Virus record (IMG/VR): IMGVR_UViG_3300045988_107889
Location: 1 to 64,000 of that record
Length of the DNA stretch: 64,000 nucleotides
Origin: a virus
Direction: 5' to 3' (one strand)
Shown here: piece by piece, positions 47,111 through 55,040 of the stretch
Layout of the letters: each line of letters opens with the position of its first letter
How positions within the stretch are numbered: position 1 is the first letter of the stretch
Translations under genes and position numbers: made by a program
Notes under the pieces: generated by a model
Databases searched by the model: none
Seen by the model: only the letters and a program-made list of their open reading frames with translations
Told to the model about the DNA's origin: nothing

Positions 47111-47526
47111 GATTTTTGGACGGCGAATTCCAAGAAATTTTCCAAAATTTATGAGCTACTGATTACGTCCCAAAATCAGAGACTGGAGAAACGAAGAGGA
47201 AACTTTAACCAAATAAAGTGAAATGAAAAGTTCTGATAATCAATATGTTGCGGATGGAAGTGGCGAGTTTTGGTGAGAAAAAGTTGTGAAATGGTGGAAC
47301 AACTAATTCCATATTACATTAAAAAACCGGCTTTAAAATATGGAAATTGCCCCCTCTACACCCCATAGGCGGGAAATGGGACGTTACTAATAAACGGTGT
47401 TAGGTACTATAATAGACTATAGTCTAGAACGGCTAATGGTCATTAGCTTGCCTGGCACAAATCAATAATAGGAATAAGTCTCAATAACACATTCTGACCG
47501 AAAAAATAAAAAATGCAAAAAAGGGG

Positions 47527-47556
47527 TTGACAAACCATGTCTATGTCTGGTATACT
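47527..47556 (+). promoter_or_regulatory. sigma-A-type promoter P1 of the non-coding RNA region
   Basis: TTGACA, 18 nt, TATACT. Confidence 0.7.
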
Positions 47557-47723
47557 CAAAGCACAGTCAAGGGACGGACGCCAAACCGGATGGACGGCGA
47601 AAAGTGACAGTCGCCGGTTATGTCCTAACCTGATTGTATGACGTAAACCAGGCCAGCCCGGCGGCCTTGCTCCATAGGAGCGGAAGCCAGGCAAAAAAAT
47701 CCCTGAAGAATCACAAAAACCGC

Positions 47724-47752
47724 TTGACAAAAACAAGCCGATGTGATAAGAT
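47724..47752 (+). promoter_or_regulatory. sigma-A-type promoter P2 of the non-coding RNA region
   Basis: TTGACA, 17 nt, TAAGAT. Confidence 0.6.
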
Positions 47753-48474
47753 AGGGACAGCTCGAACGGGGCAACCTGTTTTGAGTGGGGCAAAATGAGA
47801 CATTACAAAATCCAGGCAACCGGATAGCAATTTGACTTTTGCCAAAAAATCTACCACTTGACTAACCATTGAGTGGTACGTGCGGATAGCACGCTATACC
47901 GCACGGCGTACCTTGAAAACTCAATGCCAGACATTTCCTTTTCCGGCGTGGGGCGTTTTACCGTATTTATACGGTAAAACCAATGTAAGTTGGTAGCCCT
48001 CCTATGTGTAGTGTACTCCGTATTTATACGGATAATACTATCCATGGCACGATTAACCAGATTGGGAGATGGTAAAACGTGGCAAGTGCTAAAGGCGCAA
48101 GGGTGCAATAAGGCTGGAAACGGCTGGATATTATAGAGGTATCCTATCCTTTTACAGGATTTACCACTCTGTCGGACGTCCCCAGGGGATAACTATACCC
48201 TGGGGAAGAAAGAGGATAAACCGCTAAAACAATAGCGTGCTGGTTGGCACGCCGTGACCTGTTATGCGGGGGCGTTGTGGGATGTACCAGGGTGGCCAGA
48301 AGGGGAAAAAGACTAATAATCTGGAAACGTCAGAGAAAGATTATTAGCAAGTACCTGGAATAAAGTTAGCACAACACCGGATGGCGTGGCTTGTTATGAG
48401 TGCAGTGACGGTAACAAGCATAGGTCTATAGTTAAGACCTATCAGACGGTGATAAAACTCTTACTGGAAAAATC

Positions 48475-48541
48475 TAGGCCGGGTATGTTTTGTAGTTAGT
48501 AGCGAACGTGAACCCTAAAATTCATGCCCGGCCTATTTTTG
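48475..48541 (+). terminator. terminator-like long-range stem plus T-run closing the structured RNA
   Basis: taggccggg (48475-48483) pairs with cccggccta (48527-48535), followed by TTTTT. Confidence 0.55.
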
Positions 48542-48660
48542 AAAGAGGATTTGTTTTTTTTTATTATCAAATAAGAAGTCGTCAAAAGTGAATCAGACCG
48601 GCGGAACATCCACCTGTGTAATTTACCTTTGAAAATTACTACATAAAAAGGAGAATAACC

Positions 48661-49449
48661 ATGAATAACAATGAATTGTTGAAAAAGTACGAATCCACTA
48701 CCACCACCGACCTGAACAATCAGGTGAAGTCCGCTGTCGAGAAGGCAAACGCCTATGCTAAACAGCCCGAACTGAACCAGGTCGAGCTGTTGAAGCTCCG
48801 TGCCGATGCCGTTGCTCTGGCAGATGACTATAACCGTCTGGTAAAGCTCCGCCGTCTGGGCGAGCTGGCCGCCATGTCCTACGGGGACGCCATCAACGCC
48901 ATGACGGTAGAGGGCGGGGAAACTTGCCCCAAGATGGAAGTGATTCTCGATGGGGAGATCATGAACATCACCACGTCCAACGCCACCCGTATCCGCTGGA
49001 ACGAGTTGTTGAAGGCTGGCCAGTGTCCCGACGGTTACGAAAACCTGGAATCCCTGGTAAAGGTTTTCACCCACAACTGCCTCACCAACAAATTTGAAAA
49101 GGGTCAGTTGGTCGAGCTGCCCCCGCTGGACCCCGCTATCAAAGCGGTCGCTAATGGTCGTGACAACTGGGACTCTGGCTCTATGAATAAGTTGCAGTGC
49201 CAGATCCGGGATCTCATCGGCTGGATGTTCCCGGTGGACGAAGTAGGGGAATACTCTGCTCCTAGAAAGTCTGATGTACGGTGGTTTTCTGACATCGTTT
49301 GCCCTGCGAGTGACCGCGCTGGTGAACCTGCCCACTATGTCCAGCGCAAGGTATCTACTTTGTTGGACTCCCTGTTCAGAGTGTTCTATACCCTGAAAGA
49401 GGAGAAGGAAGTGGTCGTACGGCCTGCAAAAGCTAGCAAGAACCAGTAA
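48661..49449 (+). CDS. hypothetical protein (262 aa) downstream of the structured RNA
   Basis: Strong RBS aaaaaggagaataacc-ATG. GC-richer codon usage like the recombinase. No motif recognised. Confidence 0.7.
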   Translation: MNNNELLKKYESTTTTDLNNQVKSAVEKANAYAKQPELNQVELLKLRADAVALADDYNRLVKLRRLGELAAMSYGDAINAMTVEGGETCPKMEVILDGEIMNITTSNATRIRWNELLKAGQCPDGYENLESLVKVFTHNCLTNKFEKGQLVELPPLDPAIKAVANGRDNWDSGSMNKLQCQIRDLIGWMFPVDEVGEYSAPRKSDVRWFSDIVCPASDRAGEPAHYVQRKVSTLLDSLFRVFYTLKEEKEVVVRPAKASKNQ

Positions 49450-49559
49450 GTCGTTCCGGCGACTATAAACAGGCGTTAGGCCGGGAGCGTTCGCAGGTTA
49501 GGGCAAGCCCAACCTGCGAGGTCGCAGGAATAACATAGGTGGATTCTGTCTATGCCTGC

Positions 49560-49598
49560 AAAAAAAAAGCTACCCTAGCAGTAGCTTGCTAGGGTAGC
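49560..49598 (-). terminator. strong minus-strand intrinsic terminator with no minus-strand gene upstream of it
   Basis: 11-bp stem gctaccctagc/gctagggtagc (49569-49579/49588-49598), followed on the minus strand by T9 (plus A-run 49560-49568). Confidence 0.6.
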
Positions 49599-49616
49599 GG
49601 AAGGGTAGGACGCTGT

Positions 49617-50609
49617 ATGAGTAACCATACATATGTAGTCGGTGAATATACCGACTATGGTTATAAAGGTGGTGATGGTTTGTATAACGAAGATATTAAG
49701 CGGAATTTTTTGGATACGGAATGCAGTAGCTTGAAAAAGCAAAGAGATATTGCGAAAGTTTTTTCTTCTATCGCGTCGTTTGAGCAAGAGAATGGTCTAG
49801 ACATCGCTGAAATGGGCAAGAATTTGAGCGCGCAGGCTCTTGAACGTACTGGAATAAATGAGTATAGTGGAATTAGGAGTTATATTACTAGGTTAAGAGA
49901 GTATGCAAGATGGTGCGAAAAAAACAATATCTTCCCATCAATCCCCGGCGGGATTTTTGAAGTTTCTCCGGACGATGTGGATATTACAGATTCTCTAAAA
50001 GGGGTTTTGTTTAAAGACGAATTTGACTTGCTGGAGTCTATTAGATTAGTCCGTGACTTTGATTCTGGCTATCCAGAGGTTGCAGCCTTTTGTCTTTACT
50101 GGGTCGGTCTTACAAAAGACGAAGCAGTTTTGCTAAAAGACACTGACGTTGACTTGGAAAACAAGATCGTTTATGTTCATGACGGTATTGTTGCAGAAGA
50201 CTTTTCGGATGCCATTTGTGATGTATTAAACCGTTACCGTAATTGCAAATGGTCAACCCGGGCGAACGGAACTACACTCATGAGCGTTCGCAAGGATTTG
50301 TCTGTTGACACATTTCTTAAAAGGATGTTAACAGATGGTTCTAAAAAATTCGGTATGCCTGTAACAAAAACACAAATCACAGCACTATGTCAAGATGTGG
50401 TGACGGATTGTTCAGCACTTGGTCTCCCTAGTCGTCATACTTTTCAAAACGTCTGGCGGTGCGGTGGGTTCAATCGTATGTACAAGCTGGAACAATCCGG
50501 CGTGGATGTAATGAACCGCCCCACCATAGAAACGGTTTTTCGTGGAAAAAAGAATTACTACGATACACTAAGAATGTATCAATATTATAAAAAGGTCTTT
50601 GGTTTATAA
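49617..50609 (+). CDS. tyrosine-recombinase-fold-like protein with apparently degenerate active site
   Basis: AAFCLYWVGLTKDEAVLLKDTDVDLENKIVYV resembles integrase box I but has K instead of R. C-terminal HTFQNVWRCGGFNRMY sits in place of HxxR...Y. Tentative. Confidence 0.35.
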   Translation: MSNHTYVVGEYTDYGYKGGDGLYNEDIKRNFLDTECSSLKKQRDIAKVFSSIASFEQENGLDIAEMGKNLSAQALERTGINEYSGIRSYITRLREYARWCEKNNIFPSIPGGIFEVSPDDVDITDSLKGVLFKDEFDLLESIRLVRDFDSGYPEVAAFCLYWVGLTKDEAVLLKDTDVDLENKIVYVHDGIVAEDFSDAICDVLNRYRNCKWSTRANGTTLMSVRKDLSVDTFLKRMLTDGSKKFGMPVTKTQITALCQDVVTDCSALGLPSRHTFQNVWRCGGFNRMYKLEQSGVDVMNRPTIETVFRGKKNYYDTLRMYQYYKKVFGL

Positions 50610-50638
50610 GCCGTCGCATAGCGACGGCTTAATTTATT
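50608..50638 (+). terminator. intrinsic terminator
   Basis: Stem aagccgtcgc/gcgacggctt with loop ata, followed by aatttatt. Confidence 0.65.
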
Positions 50639-50652
50639 AGGGAGGGTTACTT

Positions 50653-51087
50653 ATGAAAATGTATGGCGAAAAGGATGTAGTGGAACCCAGAGAATATGTC
50701 AAGATGCACCGCGTAAGAACTCTGTGTGAACTTCAGAACAACACCATGGAACCGCTCGGATGGTTCAGCCTTCCCGGATGGTTCAAAGATCTGGTCCGGT
50801 CGGAACTATCTGGTATGGCGAAGGCTGGTAACACCGGTGCCATCTCTGGTCTGGACTACATCGCAAAGATGGAATCCAGAAAGGCGGATCGTACCGGCTG
50901 GAAGTGTGGTACTGTATCATTCTCTAGTCGCAGCCGGAAAGCCCCTATCTTCACAGACTACCTGCGGGAACGTAGAATCTCGTTCAGCGTTCATAGGTGT
51001 AGTGGTAAGGTAGTGTTCCGGCTGACTTTCCATCCATGTGAGCTGGCCGGAATCAAGTCTCAGCTGGATCGTATCGCAATGACGTAA
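50653..51087 (+). CDS. hypothetical protein
   Basis: 144-aa ORF with RBS gggagggttactt-ATG. Confidence 0.6.
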   Translation: MKMYGEKDVVEPREYVKMHRVRTLCELQNNTMEPLGWFSLPGWFKDLVRSELSGMAKAGNTGAISGLDYIAKMESRKADRTGWKCGTVSFSSRSRKAPIFTDYLRERRISFSVHRCSGKVVFRLTFHPCELAGIKSQLDRIAMT

Positions 51088-51173
51088 CAGGAAACTTTTA
51101 CCTCTGGAAATTTTCCCTCTGATGGTATATTATACTTGTATTAGGTGTTTTATACAAATCAAAGAGGTATGAG

Positions 51174-51470
51174 GTGAGAGAATTGTATATTACGAACAAA
51201 AAGGGAACTATTCAGGTGGTTGTCAAACCCGTTGATATCTCGCGCGGAGATGTCAAGGTGGAAGTTGTCTCTGGCTTGGAGCACATCTACTCGGAGCTCC
51301 CGTTGTTTTTCGAGGTTAGATCCTATGTAGTAGTCCAGCACGACACTCCGCCTAATAGGTTCTCGCTTGTTATCGAGAGGGTAGAGGACGATTATAGCGA
51401 TACATGGTTTTGGGATTGTGTCTGTTTTGACGTAACCCTGGAACCGCACGAACTGGAATGGTTCAACTAA
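51174..51470 (+). CDS. hypothetical protein (start GTG 51174 or TTG 51183)
   Basis: 98-aa ORF. GAGGTG precedes the TTG by 6 nt. Confidence 0.55.
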   Translation: MRELYITNKKGTIQVVVKPVDISRGDVKVEVVSGLEHIYSELPLFFEVRSYVVVQHDTPPNRFSLVIERVEDDYSDTWFWDCVCFDVTLEPHELEWFN

Positions 51471-51487
51471 TACATACCTGTCTTACC

Positions 51488-51514
51488 GCCGTACCAAGTA
51501 CGGCTTTCTTTTTT
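51488..51514 (+). terminator. intrinsic terminator
   Basis: Stem gccgtac/gtacggc followed by tttctttttt. Confidence 0.75.
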
Positions 51515-51541
51515 ACCATGACGGTGGTTTAATAAGTCTTC

Positions 51542-51571
51542 AACGCCCGCTATTACTTAGCGGGCGTTTTT
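51542..51571 (+). terminator. intrinsic terminator (second of a tandem pair)
   Basis: Stem aacgcccgc/gcgggcgtt followed by ttttt. Confidence 0.75.
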
Positions 51572-51608
51572 GTTAAGGGGCACTTCTAATAAAAAAGGAG
51601 GAACAAAC

Positions 51609-52067
51609 ATGGAAGTGAATATATGCAAAAATTGCGAGAGCTATCGCGTGGATGGTTGCTGCTACCGCACTTGTGAAAGCTGGCATAAGGCTATTGAAAG
51701 TGTGAGCGACTATTGCTTCTGTCGAGAGCGGTGCGACGGTTGCCCGCTGCATAAGTTGGGTTGCTCAGCAGGTTGGTGCGGCTATCGCAACCAGGCACTT
51801 GTCCAAGTGGCAACGGCATTGCAAAGCCAGGAAGGTCAGGAATGGTTGTCCGGTATGAAGTCCATAAGCGATCTCTATCGTGCCATGGGTATGATGACTG
51901 ATACCGAAGCGCACAACAAACACGTCGCTGAAGCAGAAGAAAAGGACGCACGGATTACGGAGGTAGCAAAGCTCCTCCAGGAATTAGGCGGTGACGCGTG
52001 TCGAGAGGCTGCCCAGTATCTTATGGAATACAAAGAGCAAAGAGAGCGGGATAGAGAGTGCTTCTAA
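51609..52067 (+). CDS. Cys-rich protein
   Basis: Start moved to MEVNICKNC (RBS aaggagg plus 7 nt). CKNC..GCCYRTC..CFCRERCDGC..GC..WC cluster. Confidence 0.6.
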   Translation: MEVNICKNCESYRVDGCCYRTCESWHKAIESVSDYCFCRERCDGCPLHKLGCSAGWCGYRNQALVQVATALQSQEGQEWLSGMKSISDLYRAMGMMTDTEAHNKHVAEAEEKDARITEVAKLLQELGGDACREAAQYLMEYKEQRERDRECF

Positions 52068-52070
52068 CGT

Positions 52071-52099
52071 TTGACCTCTGGTGGTATAGGTGCTATAAT
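52071..52099 (+). promoter_or_regulatory. consensus sigma-A-type promoter
   Basis: TTGACC, 17 nt, TATAAT. Confidence 0.7.
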
Positions 52100-52130
52100 A
52101 TGGTAGCACTTACACGACAGGAGGCCAGAC

Positions 52131-52547
52131 ATGAAACTATACACGATCCGCACGAAGACCAACGAAGGCACAACCTACGATAAAGGTTATACCTCTCGTG
52201 AGTACGCTATGGAAGTCGCTGAGCTACAGGGCGAGAGTTGGGATATAATAGAAAAGGAAATCCCATACGTCTATGTCCTTGCTTACACTAAGATAGGCGA
52301 CAAAGTGGAGTGCGGAACCGTGGAAGTATATGACGGCCTTGATGGGTGTCACTCGCATATGCTGGATAGCTATAGATGTGCTGCGGAAGAAAGTAGCACA
52401 TCAGTTTTGGAAGCATGGGCGGAAGACACACAGGCATATTACAGAACAAATACCTATAGTATCAGGTGGAACATCGTTGTAAGCGATATGATCCCAGACG
52501 GGTGCAGGAAGGTAAAGCACTTGTATGGAACAGAGGCGCGGGTTTGA
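52131..52547 (+). CDS. hypothetical protein
   Basis: 138-aa ORF with RBS caggaggccagac-ATG. Confidence 0.6.
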   Translation: MKLYTIRTKTNEGTTYDKGYTSREYAMEVAELQGESWDIIEKEIPYVYVLAYTKIGDKVECGTVEVYDGLDGCHSHMLDSYRCAAEESSTSVLEAWAEDTQAYYRTNTYSIRWNIVVSDMIPDGCRKVKHLYGTEARV

Positions 52548-52580
52548 CACCCATGACTCTTAAGTTAATAAAGCCATTGC

Positions 52581-52611
52581 AAGACCGTGCTAATCAGCAC
52601 GGTCTTTTCTT
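52581..52611 (+). terminator. intrinsic terminator
   Basis: Stem aagaccgtgc/gcacggtctt followed by ttctt. Lies inside the 5' part of ORF-track ORF 52466-53011, which supports the later start. Confidence 0.75.
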
Positions 52612-52633
52612 ATGGGTGGAAAGGAGAATAGCC

Positions 52634-53011
52634 ATGGCAAGCATGATGGATTTGGTCGGTCGAAACGTCAAAATCGGCAAGTCTACCATCACGATTAAAG
52701 ACGGTGACAATAAGACTCGCGGAATTGTGAGAGGGGTCACCAAGCTAGGGGATGTCCAACTTAGCCAGAGTCTTGAGTTCTGGCACACGCTGAAAAAGAT
52801 TGGTGTGTATAACACACTCGGAGCAAAATGCTTCTTCGTTAAGGATGGTTTCCTGTATGCCATCCGTAGCACGAACTCGGATAAATACAGGGAGGCCATT
52901 ATGGAACGCGATGGTTTTGAAGACGACAAGAAGGTATGGGCAGAACAAGCCGAAGCATATAAGAAGCTCGAAGAGAATGGTATTCCTGTTATTGAATGCA
53001 GGGTTTTGTAA
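52634..53011 (+). CDS. hypothetical protein
   Basis: Start moved to MASMMDL (RBS ggaaaggag). Confidence 0.6.
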   Translation: MASMMDLVGRNVKIGKSTITIKDGDNKTRGIVRGVTKLGDVQLSQSLEFWHTLKKIGVYNTLGAKCFFVKDGFLYAIRSTNSDKYREAIMERDGFEDDKKVWAEQAEAYKKLEENGIPVIECRVL

Positions 53012-53023
53012 GGAGGTATACCT

Positions 53024-53311
53024 ATGGAAGTAACAATTTACGCCAACTATGGAATGTTGGCACACGAAAAGGAAACGGTATACAGCATGAATCCAGCTGC
53101 TGTAATCTACGAAGAACTGACCGTAATTCTTCCGGATGAAATCTATGCCGGTGAGAATCACGCCGGAGAAATCCTGGTGGATTTTGATGGAAGTGGTTGT
53201 CTGTACCCGCTTAGTAGGCTGTTGTGTGACCACAACCATAATGGCCCGGCACTGGTCGTGCCTAGCACCGGAAAGCGTACTAAGTACGTTGATTTGGAAG
53301 TCGTAGTCTAA
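53024..53311 (+). CDS. hypothetical protein
   Basis: 95-aa ORF with RBS aaggaggtatacct-ATG. Confidence 0.6.
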   Translation: MEVTIYANYGMLAHEKETVYSMNPAAVIYEELTVILPDEIYAGENHAGEILVDFDGSGCLYPLSRLLCDHNHNGPALVVPSTGKRTKYVDLEVVV

Positions 53312-53338
53312 GAAAGAAACAGGTAGGAGGAATTTAAA

Positions 53339-53749
53339 ATGAACGTCAAGAAAAAGTGTGTCGCTATCCTGGCAATCGTTATCGCAGCTATGGCAGTGTG
53401 GGGAATCGTCTTAACGGTGAAGTGTGCTGGTGATGATGCTACTATGGTAATTGAGCAGGAGCAGCCCGGATTTAATGATAACAAGGTTAAGCTGATTACC
53501 CACCAGCAGTACGTCAATGACGCTCTGGACCCCAACGCAATCTATATCGTAAAAGAGGATTGGATTTCCGGTGGAAATGGAGAAGGGTATGTGGAAGATT
53601 GTGACTGCGGTCATGATTACATTGCATATCGTGGGAACATTCCTGCTGGAATGGTTGTCACGTCCTACTTCGTGCTTGACAACAAGCACGAATATGAAGT
53701 CCTAGCCCGGTTTGATTACATTGGTGGTCGGTTGGTTGAAGTGCGGTAA
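53339..53749 (+). CDS. membrane-anchored or secreted hypothetical protein
   Basis: N-terminus KKKCVAILAIVIAAMAVWGIVLTV is a signal-anchor. Confidence 0.6.
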   Translation: MNVKKKCVAILAIVIAAMAVWGIVLTVKCAGDDATMVIEQEQPGFNDNKVKLITHQQYVNDALDPNAIYIVKEDWISGGNGEGYVEDCDCGHDYIAYRGNIPAGMVVTSYFVLDNKHEYEVLARFDYIGGRLVEVR

Positions 53750-53761
53750 GGAGGTCTCGCC

Positions 53762-54427
53762 ATGGCTAAGTATGAGTACGACAAAAGTTATCCCTTCGCT
53801 GTTTATATCACGAACCTCGGGAAGTACAACGAGGGCGAGCTTGTGGGCGAGTGGGTTCACCTCCCCACAACAGCCAAAGAAATGAAGGAGGTGTTCGAGC
53901 GTATTGGGATCGGCCAGAAGGATGACTTCGGATGCCCTTATGAGGAGTGGTTTATCACGGACTATGACTGTTATGTAACTGACCTTTGTCGGGGGTTCGG
54001 CGAATACGAAAATCTGGACGAGCTGAATTACCTGGCAGCAAGATTGGACGAGATGAGTGATCATGACTTTGAATTGTTCGAAGCGGTTATTGAGACAGGG
54101 GACTGCGGCGATTCTGTTAAAGATCTTATCAATCTCGTGGATAACCTGGATAGCTATATGGTCTTCTCTAATGTGACCAGCGACTACGACCTTGGATATT
54201 ACTACATCGAGGAAAGTGGTTGCTATGATACGGACAAGCTTGGCACGCTGGCCAGGTATATCGACTATGAAAGTTTTGGTCGAGACGTCCGGTTTGAAGA
54301 AGGAGGGTGTTTCACTTCCGCTGGATATGTTTTGCATGATGGTTCGAGCTTTACGGAATACTACGAGGGTGTCGAGGATATCCCCGATGAATATCGGGTA
54401 ATGACTTTCAAAGAGGAGGATGAATGA
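53762..54427 (+). CDS. ardA: ArdA-type antirestriction protein
   Basis: FAVYITNLGKYNEGELVGEWVHLP...EEWFITDYD...YENLDELNYLA is the characteristic ArdA N-terminal signature. The protein is highly acidic. Confidence 0.85.
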   Translation: MAKYEYDKSYPFAVYITNLGKYNEGELVGEWVHLPTTAKEMKEVFERIGIGQKDDFGCPYEEWFITDYDCYVTDLCRGFGEYENLDELNYLAARLDEMSDHDFELFEAVIETGDCGDSVKDLINLVDNLDSYMVFSNVTSDYDLGYYYIEESGCYDTDKLGTLARYIDYESFGRDVRFEEGGCFTSAGYVLHDGSSFTEYYEGVEDIPDEYRVMTFKEEDE

Positions 54428-54687
54428 TGGAACTGCAGATTGCACTGTTGGACTTGCTGAAGCAAGAAAAAGAGCTGGTCGACGAGATCAACAAAACGGG
54501 GTACGACGCGACCTATTACGAAAAGCGGGCTAAAGAGCATAAAGCTGGCGAAACTATCTGTGATATGCAGGCCGCACTTGATGACTTCAGGAAGGCTAGA
54601 CAGCTCTTGGAGGAAGAGGTTCGTCTTCTCGGTCGGCTGAAAGATATTCGTGTCAGGATCAACAACTACTTCGAGGAAGAACTCTAA
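54424..54687 (+). CDS. coiled-coil hypothetical protein
   Basis: 87 aa, 4-nt overlap with ardA. Confidence 0.55.
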   Translation: MMELQIALLDLLKQEKELVDEINKTGYDATYYEKRAKEHKAGETICDMQAALDDFRKARQLLEEEVRLLGRLKDIRVRINNYFEEEL

Positions 54688-54688
54688 G

Positions 54689-54853
54689 ATGAAACGTGAA
54701 TTTGTAGCGCTGATTGGAGTCGCCTTTCTGATTTCCGCAATTCCCTTCCAGCTGATGGGCTGGTCTGTTACGGCTTGGATCCTCGGCGCGATTGGTGTAG
54801 CTGCCGAATGGAAGAGCGGTTACAGAATCCACGTACATACTGAAGAAGACTAA
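54689..54853 (+). CDS. small two-TM membrane protein
   Basis: MKREFVALIGVAFLISAIPFQLMGWSVTAWILGAIGVAAEW. Start moved to the ATG at 54689. Confidence 0.5.
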   Translation: MKREFVALIGVAFLISAIPFQLMGWSVTAWILGAIGVAAEWKSGYRIHVHTEED

Positions 54854-54854
54854 C

Positions 54855-54893
54855 ACCGCAGCCTTGCCTTTTTCCGCTGCGGTTGTTTCTTTG
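54855..54893 (+). terminator. terminator-like hairpin
   Basis: Stem accgcagc/gctgcggt followed by tgtttcttt. Two further strong hairpins follow (to 54961). Confidence 0.5.
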
Positions 54894-54968
54894 CCCTGGG
54901 TAGTCGCAAGCTGCCCAGGGTAGAATTTAAACCCGCGAAACTCGTCTGACGAGTTTCGCGGAAAAGGG

Positions 54969-54997
54969 TTGACGTTTGAAAAATAATCTTATATAAT
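54969..54997 (+). promoter_or_regulatory. consensus sigma-A-type promoter of the tRNA array
   Basis: TTGACG, 17 nt (tttgaaaaataatctta), TATAAT. Confidence 0.8.
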
Positions 54998-55040
54998 ATA
55001 ACCACGGTGAGCGGTTAAAAAACACAAGATTAAATTGCAT

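Larger units (their letters stand above)
47563..48541 (+). ncRNA. candidate large (~0.8-1.0 kb) highly structured non-coding RNA
   Basis: No credible ORF or RBS. Two consensus promoters upstream and a terminator-like stem plus T5 at the end. Many strong hairpins, listed in the finding for 47527-48541. Confidence 0.55.

Noticed and set aside
47443-48108. ORFs 47443-47793 (-), 47625-47819 (-) and 47851-48108 (-).
   Set aside because: No RBS and implausible Cys/Pro/Arg-rich translations. They lie antisense to a region with promoters, hairpins and a terminator on the plus strand, so a structured RNA explains the region better.
47880-48541. Group II intron idea, since GTGCGG at 47880 resembles the GUGYG 5' end.
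   Set aside because: I found no domain V-like AGC-containing 34-nt hairpin. There is no reverse transcriptase ORF and no flanking exons that would be joined.
48622-48649. Promoter-like TTTACC-16-TAAAAA (with a TTTGAAA spacer) in front of gene 48661.
   Set aside because: The predicted transcription start would fall downstream of the gene's Shine-Dalgarno sequence, and the match to consensus is poor. The gene is more likely read through from the RNA promoters.
48496-49335. 279-aa minus-strand ORF antisense to 48661-49449.
   Set aside because: Shadow ORF of a GC-rich gene. It has Val/Gly/Gln/Leu-rich antisense-type composition and no RBS, whereas the plus-strand ORF has a strong AAGGAG RBS.
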